From IMG/VR virus record IMGVR_UViG_2531839665_000013: a DNA stretch of 32,154 nucleotides, one strand, 5' to 3'. How positions within the stretch are numbered: position 1 is the stretch's first letter; every line of letters begins with the position of its first letter. The DNA comes from a virus. Lineage: Duplodnaviria; Heunggongvirae; Uroviricota; Caudoviricetes. A program made the position numbers and the translations under genes. The notes beneath the pieces are model-generated. The model had not been told where the DNA came from, ran no database searches, and saw only the letters and a list, made by a program, of their open reading frames with translations. This document shows, piece after piece, positions 7,333 through 15,782 of the stretch.

Positions 7333-8277
7333 ATGATTTTTCTCAAGAATGGCGAAAGTTTTATTCGCGTGAATGACTGGGCAGAAATTCAGGCGAGAGA
7401 GTCTTACTATCCCAAATTAGAGTTAAATGATCAGCAACTCTCTGACGTTTTTGGTTACTACGATGACCTACCAGAGGAAATTCCATGTGGAAAATCAAAT
7501 TGCCGCAAAGGGCATAAAAAGGGATTTCTGGTAGTTACGAAAGAAGGATTTGAAACGAATATCGGCCATGTATGTGGAACTAATGTTTTTGGTATAGCCT
7601 TTGATAATTTAGCAATAGAACTTTGCCGAAAAGCAGATTTCCATCGCTTACTTACCGCACTTAAAGAGGCAAAAGATGATATTTTTAGCTATTACAAACT
7701 CAAAGCCAAAATCGAATCTGGGCGTCCATCACTAACTGAGGTTGCTCATAGAATACTTGACATGAAAGACCCTAAAATCATCGGGCGTGCAGCTTATCAA
7801 ACATTGAAAAAGATGGCTGCTTCTGGTGATGGGCGTGTTTTCCGCTCAAGATTAAAAAATACAGAAGAGCTAGAACTGGACGAAATTATGTCCCAGAAGC
7901 AAACAAGCGACTCAGCTCCAAAAGTTAACAACAAAAACAAAACCGTAAATGAACTTATTGGGGTAATACAATACCCTGAATGCTTGCTGAATGATTATGA
8001 CATTGCTCTTCTTTATGAAAGAGATATAAAAATGGTTCTGGAAAAATTAAACAAATGTACCCCAGATGAATTGACTGAAAGAGAGGTGTTGTCTTTTGGA
8101 ATAAAGGTTTCAAGATTAAGAGAACGCTTTAACTTTGTTCAGGAACGCTTAGAAAAATCCAGGGTTTTTGCAACAAGAGAAAACCTTAAACCTTTACGTG
8201 CATTACTTAACATTCAGAAATCTGTAAGCAATAAAGACAAATTACTATTTAAGAAATTTATGGAAAATTTACCATAA
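7333..8277 (+). CDS. Hypothetical protein (314 aa), AT-rich, antisense to the late operon
   Basis: Long ORF with AAGGA RBS; visibly more AT-rich than flanking phage genes; followed by a stem-loop at 8285-8302. Confidence 0.7.
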   Translation: MIFLKNGESFIRVNDWAEIQARESYYPKLELNDQQLSDVFGYYDDLPEEIPCGKSNCRKGHKKGFLVVTKEGFETNIGHVCGTNVFGIAFDNLAIELCRKADFHRLLTALKEAKDDIFSYYKLKAKIESGRPSLTEVAHRILDMKDPKIIGRAAYQTLKKMAASGDGRVFRSRLKNTEELELDEIMSQKQTSDSAPKVNNKNKTVNELIGVIQYPECLLNDYDIALLYERDIKMVLEKLNKCTPDELTEREVLSFGIKVSRLRERFNFVQERLEKSRVFATRENLKPLRALLNIQKSVSNKDKLLFKKFMENLP

Positions 8278-8284
8278 TTAAAAA

Positions 8285-8302
8285 ACCCGCTATAAAGCGG
8301 GT
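8285..8302. terminator. Bidirectional stem-loop (ACCCGCT-ATAA-AGCGGGT); T-run on the minus side (candidate tR') and terminator for the 7333-8277 gene
   Basis: Read directly; A-run at 8281-8284 gives a T-run after the hairpin on the minus strand; sits about 110 nt downstream of the Q-like gene. Confidence 0.5.
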
Positions 8303-8413
8303 TCCGTGTTAATTTTTATATTGGCGCTAAACCCCATAATTAAAATGATACAAGACAATTTTATGCAAAGTCAAGTCGGTTGCTCAAAAATCTCTCCGCC
8401 AAAGCTGTTCAGA

Positions 8414-9229
8414 TCAGTAACTCGTTGCCTTCTCAAATTCTCTAGCCGCATGCCGCTCACCTTGATGCAGGATATCAACCAATTTTTCATAGAATGGTTT
8501 CCAATTGCGCGACCATGAAGACTGGTGCAGATCGGGAATGTATATTTGAATAGCTCGATGAACATTAGCTGATTTGATAGATACGAATCCCTTTCCACTA
8601 CAACGCTCGCAGATTTTAAACACTGGCACACCACGCTCGCTTGTGGCTTTGCGGTCCAGTACCTCTCCCTTTCCACCACAACGACACCTGGCACTTATCA
8701 CTCCCTTCCCTTTACATACATCGCAAACGACTGGTACAACTTCCGTTACCTCTGTCCATTTTTCCCAGTCTGACGGTCGAACAGCACGGGAGCGACTGGC
8801 CCAATATGGTGCTTTACCCCATGGGTATGAAACCTTACGAATGACCTGCTTACGGGGTGTTAGTCCGGTACCACTGCAACTATGGCATGTTACGCTGGTG
8901 GCCGCCGATCGGGAATACTCAGCAAAAGCAAACTGAGCCAGTACCAGCATACACCAGCCAAATTCACCACCAGCTGCTTTACGCACATTCTTCGGTGCAA
9001 TTTCCATCGCGTGACGCGCCAGCGCCTGGACTGCCATCTGCTCATCAGTCTTGCTGATACCGGCCTTCCCGAAGAAGGCCGCCAGGCCAAACCGCTCACG
9101 ATTGCTGGTGGTACCAATAGCCGCCATAACATCGGTGCCTGTAAGACGTTCCGGAGAGGTTCCTTTCACATCGTCGCCGATATACATTCCCTGAGGACTG
9201 AAGTATTTTAGCGATGCCTCAAGCTTCAT
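8414..9229 (-). CDS. Late-gene antiterminator Q-like protein (Cys-rich zinc-binding)
   Basis: 271 aa immediately upstream of terminator and late genes; several CxxC motifs (CHSCSGTG, CDVCKGKG, CERCSGKG); position and size fit Q of non-lambda families. Family assignment is by recollection only. Confidence 0.55.
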   Translation of the reverse strand: MKLEASLKYFSPQGMYIGDDVKGTSPERLTGTDVMAAIGTTSNRERFGLAAFFGKAGISKTDEQMAVQALARHAMEIAPKNVRKAAGGEFGWCMLVLAQFAFAEYSRSAATSVTCHSCSGTGLTPRKQVIRKVSYPWGKAPYWASRSRAVRPSDWEKWTEVTEVVPVVCDVCKGKGVISARCRCGGKGEVLDRKATSERGVPVFKICERCSGKGFVSIKSANVHRAIQIYIPDLHQSSWSRNWKPFYEKLVDILHQGERHAAREFEKATSY

Positions 9230-10086
9230 TATTCACACTCCCCAACCAGATTGAGAATGACCGCTGCACCGTCGTCTTCCATGCATTCACCCTTACCACT
9301 TGCCAGAAACCAGCGGCACACCTCCACGGCTTCAGCGCGTGTCACCGGTTTGATAGTTGCCAGCAATTTTTCAAGGTAGCGCTCCCGGTCATATACTGAT
9401 TCGTGATGCTCAGAGTAACCAAACTCATCGCCCTGTTCTTTAGTTGCAGTGTGGCGAACACTGTAGAGCCAGTCCCAGTAAACGAACTCGCGAACAACAT
9501 CAGACAGCGTATAAGGCTCAGGCAGCACATCGCGATATCCATCAACAAATGCCCGACGCTGTTCATCAATTTCGTTCATGCGGCTGCCGCCAATGCTTCC
9601 GGCTTTTTTCTCTGCCGCAGTCCAGCCCCAGAGATGATCGTTGATAAATTTCTGGGAAGACCTGATGACCCGCTCTGCTTCCACATCTTCGAGCGCTGCT
9701 TCATAGCTACCAAACGTAGCCCTGACTGATGCCGCTTTTTTGATGTTCTCCCGGGCGTTCCTGATAACCTGCGCAGGGTTATCCATGCCGATGATGCCGA
9801 ACGCAACCTGGAAAGGTTCGTAACCATTCGCCAGCAGATAACGCGAATAGCGTTCCTGAGCCTCTTTTGGGGAAATTTTAATTTTCACCAGCGCAGCCTC
9901 AGCAGCATCCAGATGTGCGGGTTCGTTCAGACGGATAACCTCCAGCACCCAAAGATAAGCATCAGTCTGCTTATGCCCGGTGATTCTCCGTTGCTCTGGC
10001 AGGGGCTTGATGTTTGCGAGGGCGGAGCTGTACGCTGCCGTCGGGATGGTGAATAGTGCTTTATGTTCGTTGTTATCAGTACGCAT
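9229..10086 (-). CDS. Hypothetical protein (285 aa), translationally coupled between primase and Q
   Basis: TAATG overlaps at both ends (10086 and 9229). Confidence 0.65.
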   Translation of the reverse strand: MRTDNNEHKALFTIPTAAYSSALANIKPLPEQRRITGHKQTDAYLWVLEVIRLNEPAHLDAAEAALVKIKISPKEAQERYSRYLLANGYEPFQVAFGIIGMDNPAQVIRNARENIKKAASVRATFGSYEAALEDVEAERVIRSSQKFINDHLWGWTAAEKKAGSIGGSRMNEIDEQRRAFVDGYRDVLPEPYTLSDVVREFVYWDWLYSVRHTATKEQGDEFGYSEHHESVYDRERYLEKLLATIKPVTRAEAVEVCRWFLASGKGECMEDDGAAVILNLVGECE

Positions 10087-11054
10087 TACGCAACCGCCTT
10101 TTTCTTATGGAAAACCAGCTCTCGAACCTGATCACCGTTCATGAGCATATTGTTGAAATCATCGTGATCCGGCCAGTACACGCTCACGCGCTGCAGGTCA
10201 TTCTTTGCCATCAGATTGGCATGAGCACATTCGCAAGCCGCAGCCAGCCCGGTGGCGCTGTTCTCGTCACGGTCGGCAAAAATAATCAGGTGCAAAACAC
10301 CAGTTGGTACGCGGAACTTTTTCATAAAGCCGCTGTTAATGGTTGCCCAGGTGTTCACGTTATAAATCTGGTGCGCTGACAGCGCTGTTTCGATGCCTTC
10401 GGCGATACCCAGAGTGCTGGCGACAGGAAACATGCGGATAGCTACAGAACGAGCGTGATCCAAATAGTTATCTTCCTGCAGGGATTTGAGGCGCTTTGCA
10501 CTGCTACCGATATCTGCTTTTTTATCACCATCAAGCAGAGTCTGGTGCAGATAGCACAACTCCCCTTTATCGTCCGTAGCAAGTGAATAAAGAGACTGGA
10601 ACACACTCCCGTTGTGTCTCTGCCTGGCATTGAACCGGATCGCCTCAGCAGGAAGACTGAATATTCCACGAGAATTAAGATACGCTGCGCCGGATGTACC
10701 ACGCAGTGCCTCCAGTTTTGAAAACTTGCTCAATACCCGTTTGCGTAAGCTGGTGGCGCTGCTGGTTACCGGGATTTTAACCCGTTGGTAATCATTACCG
10801 ATCAGGCGGTCTATTTCGGTACAAATCTCGTTAAATGGCTTCGCCTGTGTCAGGGTGACAAGTTTCATACCATCGCCACTACCACATACACAGATCCACG
10901 TTCCTGCACCGTCGCGGTCGTCAATTCGGAACTTGCCACGTGCACCGCATACCGGGCATTCACCCTTGAAGTGATTTTTTCCGGTTATCGGCGGCAGACC
11001 GAAGTGCTCTAATATTTCAGGCCAGCGGCCTTTCGCTGCATCTGCTGTTTTCAT
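10086..11054 (-). CDS. DNA primase-like protein: N-terminal zinc-binding domain + TOPRIM domain
   Basis: CPVCGARGKF...WICVCGSGDG zinc ribbon; TOPRIM-like acidic motifs (IAEGIETALS...LIIFADRDENSATG). Confidence 0.7.
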   Translation of the reverse strand: MKTADAAKGRWPEILEHFGLPPITGKNHFKGECPVCGARGKFRIDDRDGAGTWICVCGSGDGMKLVTLTQAKPFNEICTEIDRLIGNDYQRVKIPVTSSATSLRKRVLSKFSKLEALRGTSGAAYLNSRGIFSLPAEAIRFNARQRHNGSVFQSLYSLATDDKGELCYLHQTLLDGDKKADIGSSAKRLKSLQEDNYLDHARSVAIRMFPVASTLGIAEGIETALSAHQIYNVNTWATINSGFMKKFRVPTGVLHLIIFADRDENSATGLAAACECAHANLMAKNDLQRVSVYWPDHDDFNNMLMNGDQVRELVFHKKKAVA

Positions 11055-11055
11055 C

Positions 11056-12714
11056 TTACTGACTCAGACTGTTTATATTTTTCTGGAGTTGGTGCTTTGC
11101 CTGCATGATGCGCCAGGCCTCACTGCCTGCCGGTATCTCACGTCGTTCATCACGTTCCTGAGATAAATCAATCGTTGTTTGTGCGTTTTCAGTGACCTTC
11201 TGAACCCGCTGGTGGCCTTTGGCAAACCGGATCAGTTTGTGTCTGATGTAGTTATTTACCTCAGGGGTAATTTCCATCGGAAAGTTACTCAGTCCGTCAG
11301 GCCACTCGCCGAACTTTTCCCGGAAAGTGTGAGCACACCATCCGTCACTGACTGGACGCCCCAGCGAAGCACGCTGGCGCTGATAAAATTTGATCTGACT
11401 CCACCAGGACTGTTTCTCTGCCTTCGTCGACTGATGCTGATTTTTACCCAGCTTATTAAGTTTGCGGCTAGTGTCAGTATCAACGTCTTCACCTCGCAGC
11501 GGCTTGTGTCCACATTTCGGGCAAACATAGACGCCTGCTGGCTTCATGTAGTGGCATTGAGGGCATTCATGTGGCAGTTTTTCGGCCCGTTCCTCAACTG
11601 CCCGGCGCGCGCTTTCCTCCATGCCGTCAGACTTACCGGGAAGCTCGTCGTACTCGATTGAATCCGGATAACCCAAACGGTGCACGGTGCCGCTGTGATC
11701 GAAGATAAGGCAGGACTCTTTACCCGGTGCGGTGCGAAGCCCACGCCCGAGAGCCTGCAACCAGCGAATTTCGCTTTTTGTTGGCCTGGCGTAGATGATG
11801 CAACGAACGTCACTATCGAATCCGGCTACCAGAACGCCCACACTAACGATGATTTTCGTTGCACCAGTTTCAAAGCGGTGAATGATGGTCTGGCGCTCAT
11901 CTACCGGAGTGTCTGCGGTCATTACCTCAGCGTTAACACCTGCGAGGTTAAACTGGATTGTCAGGTAATTGGCGTGGGCTACGTTGACGCAGAAAGCGAT
12001 GGTAGGTAGATCCCGACCATTCTCCAGCCAGTTCTGTACAATGTCGCCCACCAGCGTAGAGCCGCACATGATTTCAGCCAGCTGTGTTTCGTTGTAATCG
12101 CGGCCGTACTCAAGCGAAGATGTGGTTTTAACACCTTTCAGATCCGGCTTAGTTGGCGCGTAAAATTCGTATTTACTCAGATCGCCACGCTGGATTAACT
12201 CGCCGATGGTGGTCGGTTTAATCAGTCGGTCATAGTATTTGCCCAGGAACGGGGAAAACGGAGTACCCGACAGGCCAATCACCTTTACGCCTTTGCCGCG
12301 CAGACGTTCGATATCCTTCAGGATGCGTTTTTTACGCAGGTGCGCTTCGTCGATAATCAGCAGATCGATATTTTCAGGAAAAACACGACGAATAAGCGTA
12401 TCAGCGCTGGCAATCTGAATTTTCCGGTCCGGATCGTAGTTCGGGTGATCCGCCCAGATATAACCGATTTCATCTCCAGGTAAACCATACTGCACGAACC
12501 GATTAGCCGTCTGACCAATCAGGATGGTGTACGGAACACAGAACAGAGCGCGCATACCACGGCTGACAAAACCAGCAACTATGAAGGCTGCCAGACCCGT
12601 TTTACCGCTACCTGTTGGCGAATACACCATGAAGGTGTCGTTTGCCTTCCAGTCACGGCGCAACATGTTTAGCGCTCGTTCCTGTGCAAAATTCGGCGTG
12701 ATCGTCAGCTCCAT
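11056..12714 (-). CDS. Superfamily-2 DEAH-type helicase with C-terminal zinc ribbon (replication helicase)
   Basis: Walker A SPTGSGKT, motif II IIDEAH, helicase C-terminal region, CPQCH...CPKCGH ribbon. Confidence 0.85.
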   Translation of the reverse strand: MELTITPNFAQERALNMLRRDWKANDTFMVYSPTGSGKTGLAAFIVAGFVSRGMRALFCVPYTILIGQTANRFVQYGLPGDEIGYIWADHPNYDPDRKIQIASADTLIRRVFPENIDLLIIDEAHLRKKRILKDIERLRGKGVKVIGLSGTPFSPFLGKYYDRLIKPTTIGELIQRGDLSKYEFYAPTKPDLKGVKTTSSLEYGRDYNETQLAEIMCGSTLVGDIVQNWLENGRDLPTIAFCVNVAHANYLTIQFNLAGVNAEVMTADTPVDERQTIIHRFETGATKIIVSVGVLVAGFDSDVRCIIYARPTKSEIRWLQALGRGLRTAPGKESCLIFDHSGTVHRLGYPDSIEYDELPGKSDGMEESARRAVEERAEKLPHECPQCHYMKPAGVYVCPKCGHKPLRGEDVDTDTSRKLNKLGKNQHQSTKAEKQSWWSQIKFYQRQRASLGRPVSDGWCAHTFREKFGEWPDGLSNFPMEITPEVNNYIRHKLIRFAKGHQRVQKVTENAQTTIDLSQERDERREIPAGSEAWRIMQAKHQLQKNINSLSQ

Positions 12715-12825
12715 TGTGCAGCTCCCGTGCTGATGAGATAATAATTTTGTGATGTGGTTTTCATGGATTCCCCCTCACATGGCTGGCGGCCTCCCCAAAG
12801 GCTGCCAGCCCCCTTCCGAATCAAC

Positions 12826-13194
12826 TCACTTAAATTTCGTCGCACGAATAACGTCAATTCCGTTCTCGCTATATCGAAGAGGGTGCTTACCGTCCCTGAG
12901 CAGGACAAAACCTGACATCCCCTCAGGTAGCTGAGCCAGCTTCATCAACGAACGGTTGCGGGGAGAATTCTTATCGACCTCAATGGCACACTGCTGGCCG
13001 TCTGATGATGTAACCAGGCAATCAATAAACCCTTTACGACCACCGCTAATGCTGATGCTGAAATTGCGTTGCAGGTGGTATCCCTGAGACTTGATTTTTT
13101 TCTGCATCACATAATCGAAAACGACTTTGTCATCGGAGCGGATGAATTGCTCTTCCAGGAGAGCGATTAAATTTTGCTTCAGGTCTTCACTCAT
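12826..13194 (-). CDS. Hypothetical protein (122 aa); possible PD-(D/E)xK-like motif
   Basis: ORF from track; GFIDCLV...CAIEVDK is reminiscent of a D...(D/E)xK nuclease core (weak). Confidence 0.5.
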   Translation of the reverse strand: MSEDLKQNLIALLEEQFIRSDDKVVFDYVMQKKIKSQGYHLQRNFSISISGGRKGFIDCLVTSSDGQQCAIEVDKNSPRNRSLMKLAQLPEGMSGFVLLRDGKHPLRYSENGIDVIRATKFK

Positions 13195-13442
13195 ACTTTT
13201 TATCCATCTTGTACTAGCTTTCTGGTACAGTCGTTTTTTCAGGGGTATCCCCCTTTAGATCGAGATCTACCTAACCTATGTACCCGTCTGTTGGAAAAGC
13301 CTGTTCCAGTGCTTCGCACTAACACACGGGCACTCCTCCCCCTCCCCTCCTCTCACTGAATTTTGCGTGTACTCCTTAGCTAGTACACAAATGCAATGAG
13401 ATTTGGGATTCAGCCACCGGACACCTTTAAGCCCGGTACCAA

Positions 13443-13736
13443 TCAGGAGCGCGATTGCGTTCCTGCCAGGGGCGGCTGAGTTGTATACCCCTGTAAAGCT
13501 CTGCCCTGATTTCTCACAAACAAGCGGAGCCTTGTGTTTGCTTCGTGCCTTGCTCTGTTCTCCTTGCGGAATGAAACAGGCTCAGCGTCAAAAGTGATTT
13601 CGTATACCTCCGCATATTTCAGGGCGACCTTCCGTCTCAGTGACGGAGGCAGCCCCTGTAACTGCTGCTGAATCCACTCTTCGTCTGCCTGGCAGTACCT
13701 AGATGGCATTTCAACCCTGACTAAATCCTGTTGCAT
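13443..13736 (-). CDS. Hypothetical protein (97 aa) in cII-equivalent position
   Basis: ORF from track downstream of cro-like gene. Confidence 0.45.
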   Translation of the reverse strand: MQQDLVRVEMPSRYCQADEEWIQQQLQGLPPSLRRKVALKYAEVYEITFDAEPVSFRKENRARHEANTRLRLFVRNQGRALQGYTTQPPLAGTQSRS

Positions 13737-13866
13737 GGCTTACTCTTCCCGCTTCGCTATGAGGTTATAAACCCCGCTGATCGGGTCATACCATATGCTG
13801 CGTGGCAGCAGCTTCTGGAAGTAGCGCGGATCTGGCATTACGGTTGACTGTTGTGACATGTCACAC

Positions 13867-14067
13867 CTAACTATTTGTTTTCCGTAATGGAGAAAAAATG
13901 AGGCTCTCTTTAGATAATTTGAGGGTTGGTGAAACTTTAGATACCGCTTCCTCAATTCTTTCAGCCATTGCAACTGAGGGGCGCCTAAAACCCAGAGCCA
14001 TCTGGTTCAGGTATGCAACGCTAGTCCCAGATAACTGTGCCAGCCGCCTCCATTCATCCGCGCTCAT
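13867..14067 (-). CDS. Cro-like HTH regulator (66 aa from internal Met)
   Basis: AGGAG RBS 2 nt before ATG at 14067; helix-turn-helix-like segment ...LAQLSGTSVAYLNQMALGFRRPS...; divergent from the cI-like gene. Confidence 0.55.
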   Translation of the reverse strand: MSADEWRRLAQLSGTSVAYLNQMALGFRRPSVAMAERIEEAVSKVSPTLKLSKESLIFSPLRKTNS

Positions 14068-14125
14068 GACTCCTCTGATTGAGAGCAATACACTGGACAT
14101 AAAAAACCCCATACTGTATTGGTTA

Positions 14126-14178
14126 TTAGCAACGTGCTAACATTAGCACATGAGATCACAATACAGCAATACGCTGTA
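14126..14178. promoter_or_regulatory. Candidate operators in the cro/cI intergenic region
   Basis: Palindromes TTAGCA-ACG-TGCTAA (14126-14140) and TACAGC-AATAC-GCTGTA (14162-14178), plus a TTAGCA half-site at 14143-14148. Confidence 0.5.
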
Positions 14179-14205
14179 AAGCATTTAGCTAACAATGAGA
14201 CAAGC

Positions 14206-14661
14206 ATGGAAATCAAAGATATTCGCTTAAAAAATCTACAGACGGTAATCCAACGCAGCGGCTTAACCCAGACAGATCTGGCGTTAAAATGTGAGATATC
14301 ACCCTCACTTATAAGCCAAATAATGACTAAGCGCAGGAATATGGGAACTGCTCTCGCTAGAAAACTCGAGGGGCGACTGAGCCTATCAGAAGGATGGTTT
14401 GACATCCCCCACTCATTGCTGGATTCCCCATGGCATCTAGCTAAAATGAGGGAAAAGACTGGTGAGACCACTATTGATGAACAGCAACTAACTAAAAGAG
14501 AGACTCGACTTATTGAGTTATTCAGACAAATGCCTGAAAGCGAAAAAGACAGGATAATCAGTGAGTTATCTGAAAAGAAACGTAATTTTGACAAACTACT
14601 TGATGAGCTAATGGCTGTTAAAGCATCAAGAATGCCGATCGACAAAGACGAAAATGAATAA
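14206..14661 (+). CDS. CI-like repressor candidate (HTH, XRE-type; no S24 peptidase domain)
   Basis: Internal start MEIKDIRLKNLQTVIQRSGLTQTDLALKCEISPSLISQIM...; divergent from cro-like gene; C-terminal part is charged and helical, not LexA-like. Confidence 0.55.
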   Translation: MEIKDIRLKNLQTVIQRSGLTQTDLALKCEISPSLISQIMTKRRNMGTALARKLEGRLSLSEGWFDIPHSLLDSPWHLAKMREKTGETTIDEQQLTKRETRLIELFRQMPESEKDRIISELSEKKRNFDKLLDELMAVKASRMPIDKDENE

Positions 14662-14735
14662 TAAATACAACGCACTATAAAAAAAACAGCAAATATTAGC
14701 ATTTTGCTATTGTCAAGAATAACGCATAGCGCTAC

Positions 14736-14771
14736 ATTCACCTCAGCAAGTAAAAACAAGTGAGGTGAATG
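14736..14771 (+). promoter_or_regulatory. 11-bp perfect inverted repeat (CATTCACCTCA ... TGAGGTGAATG) whose 3' arm contains the Shine-Dalgarno of the next gene
   Basis: Read directly; arms 14736-14746 and 14761-14771, 14-nt loop; the GAGG RBS for the ATG at 14774 lies inside the 3' arm. Confidence 0.5.
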
Positions 14772-14773
14772 TA

Positions 14774-15217
14774 ATGTTAAATGATAAACATGACTCTTAT
14801 TCCGTAAACTCTCTGTTGATTTGTGCTCAAGCGGCACTATTAGGCGGTACCGCTTCAAACCATGACGTCATCAACCTCTTAGATGTTGCACAAGACATCA
14901 TCTCTTCAACTATGAATTCCTTTACAGATAGTAGCGCTCCCGGCGCTAATGTTGATTTATTTACCAAAGAAGTTAGCGCTAGTAATTCCCCAGCATTATC
15001 TTTCGGTCAACGTATTCTCCAAGCGCGTAAATCAGCAAGTCTTCAACAACATCATATTGCCAGCGGTGCTGGAGTGACTGTTCAGGCTGTTTCGTTATGG
15101 GAAAATGACTCAGCAATTCCTACTTGCGACAAAATTATCCCATTGGCAAATATTCTTGGCTGCGATCCAATGTGGTTACTGACTGGTGCTTATAAACAAA
15201 ATCAGGAGGAAGCATAA
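14774..15217 (+). CDS. HTH (XRE-family) protein with C-terminal DNA-binding domain
   Basis: C-terminal ...LSFGQRILQARKSASLQQHHIASGAGVTVQAVSLWENDSAIPTCDKIIPLANILGCDPMWLL.. is a typical XRE HTH; the track starts at GTG 14765, the ATG at 14774 has the better RBS. Confidence 0.6.
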   Translation: MLNDKHDSYSVNSLLICAQAALLGGTASNHDVINLLDVAQDIISSTMNSFTDSSAPGANVDLFTKEVSASNSPALSFGQRILQARKSASLQQHHIASGAGVTVQAVSLWENDSAIPTCDKIIPLANILGCDPMWLLTGAYKQNQEEA

Positions 15218-15218
15218 G

Positions 15219-15410
15219 ATGAAAATGTTCAGAGGCCTTACCAACGAACCGGAGACAGTTTTTCATCACATTGCCGTACTGCTTGAAGCGGGGTTAATCA
15301 TTTCGGCTTGCGGTGATGAAGAATGTGATGAACTTTCGGATGATATCTTTTTACTGGCACAACAATACGCCAGAAGCGCATGCGATGCATTTAAGGAGCA
15401 AAGAACATGA
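15219..15410 (+). CDS. Hypothetical small acidic protein (63 aa)
   Basis: AGGAGG RBS 8 nt before ATG at 15219 (the track ORF starts further upstream). Confidence 0.5.
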   Translation: MKMFRGLTNEPETVFHHIAVLLEAGLIISACGDEECDELSDDIFLLAQQYARSACDAFKEQRT

Positions 15411-15598
15411 TAACTCCATTAAATATTCTTGAGGAAGTGGCAGCACAAATAAAAGAGAATACATCAACGCTTGAATTTATATTTAAGAATTCGCCTGATT
15501 CAGGAGAGACAGACGATTATTTATGTTGCCTCATTCGCTCCATGAATAAAACCTGTGAAATGGCTTACGAGTATATCGACACACTGCGCAACGAATAA
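15407..15598 (+). CDS. Hypothetical small protein (63 aa), coupled (ATGA overlap) to upstream ORF
   Basis: AAGGAG RBS; stop/start overlap at 15407-15410. Confidence 0.5.
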   Translation: MITPLNILEEVAAQIKENTSTLEFIFKNSPDSGETDDYLCCLIRSMNKTCEMAYEYIDTLRNE

Positions 15599-15680
15599 AG
15601 AAAACTCAATAAACAATCACACATAAAAACATAACGGCCTCTGGTCGGGAATTTCCACAACCTGAAAATGGTGGTGATGC

Positions 15681-15779
15681 ATGAAAAACAGAAGTGCTTA
15701 TAAAACCGCATTATTAATGGCTAATGCAGGATACTGGTCAGTTGCAATACTGTTTCTCAGGAAAGCATACGGGAAATAA
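15681..15779 (+). CDS. Possible 32-aa small hydrophobic protein (MKNRSAYKTALLMANAGYWSVAILFLRKAYGK)
   Basis: Hand-translated; GGTGGTGA upstream; stops 3 nt before the next gene. Confidence 0.3.
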   Translation: MKNRSAYKTALLMANAGYWSVAILFLRKAYGK

Positions 15780-15782
15780 CAA

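Noticed and set aside
8306-9827. Numerous 60-120 aa ORFs overlapping the Q-like and 285-aa genes on either strand
   Set aside because: All sit within longer, better-supported ORFs in a compositionally biased region.
11179-12009. ORFs antisense or out of frame within the helicase gene
   Set aside because: The helicase frame carries Walker A and DEAH motifs; the others have no support.
13740-14112. Track ORFs 13740-13973 and the full-length 13867-14112
   Set aside because: The strong AGGAG RBS supports the shorter cro-like start at 14067; 13740-13973 overlaps it in another frame and only a possible 39-aa tail (from 13859) could be real.
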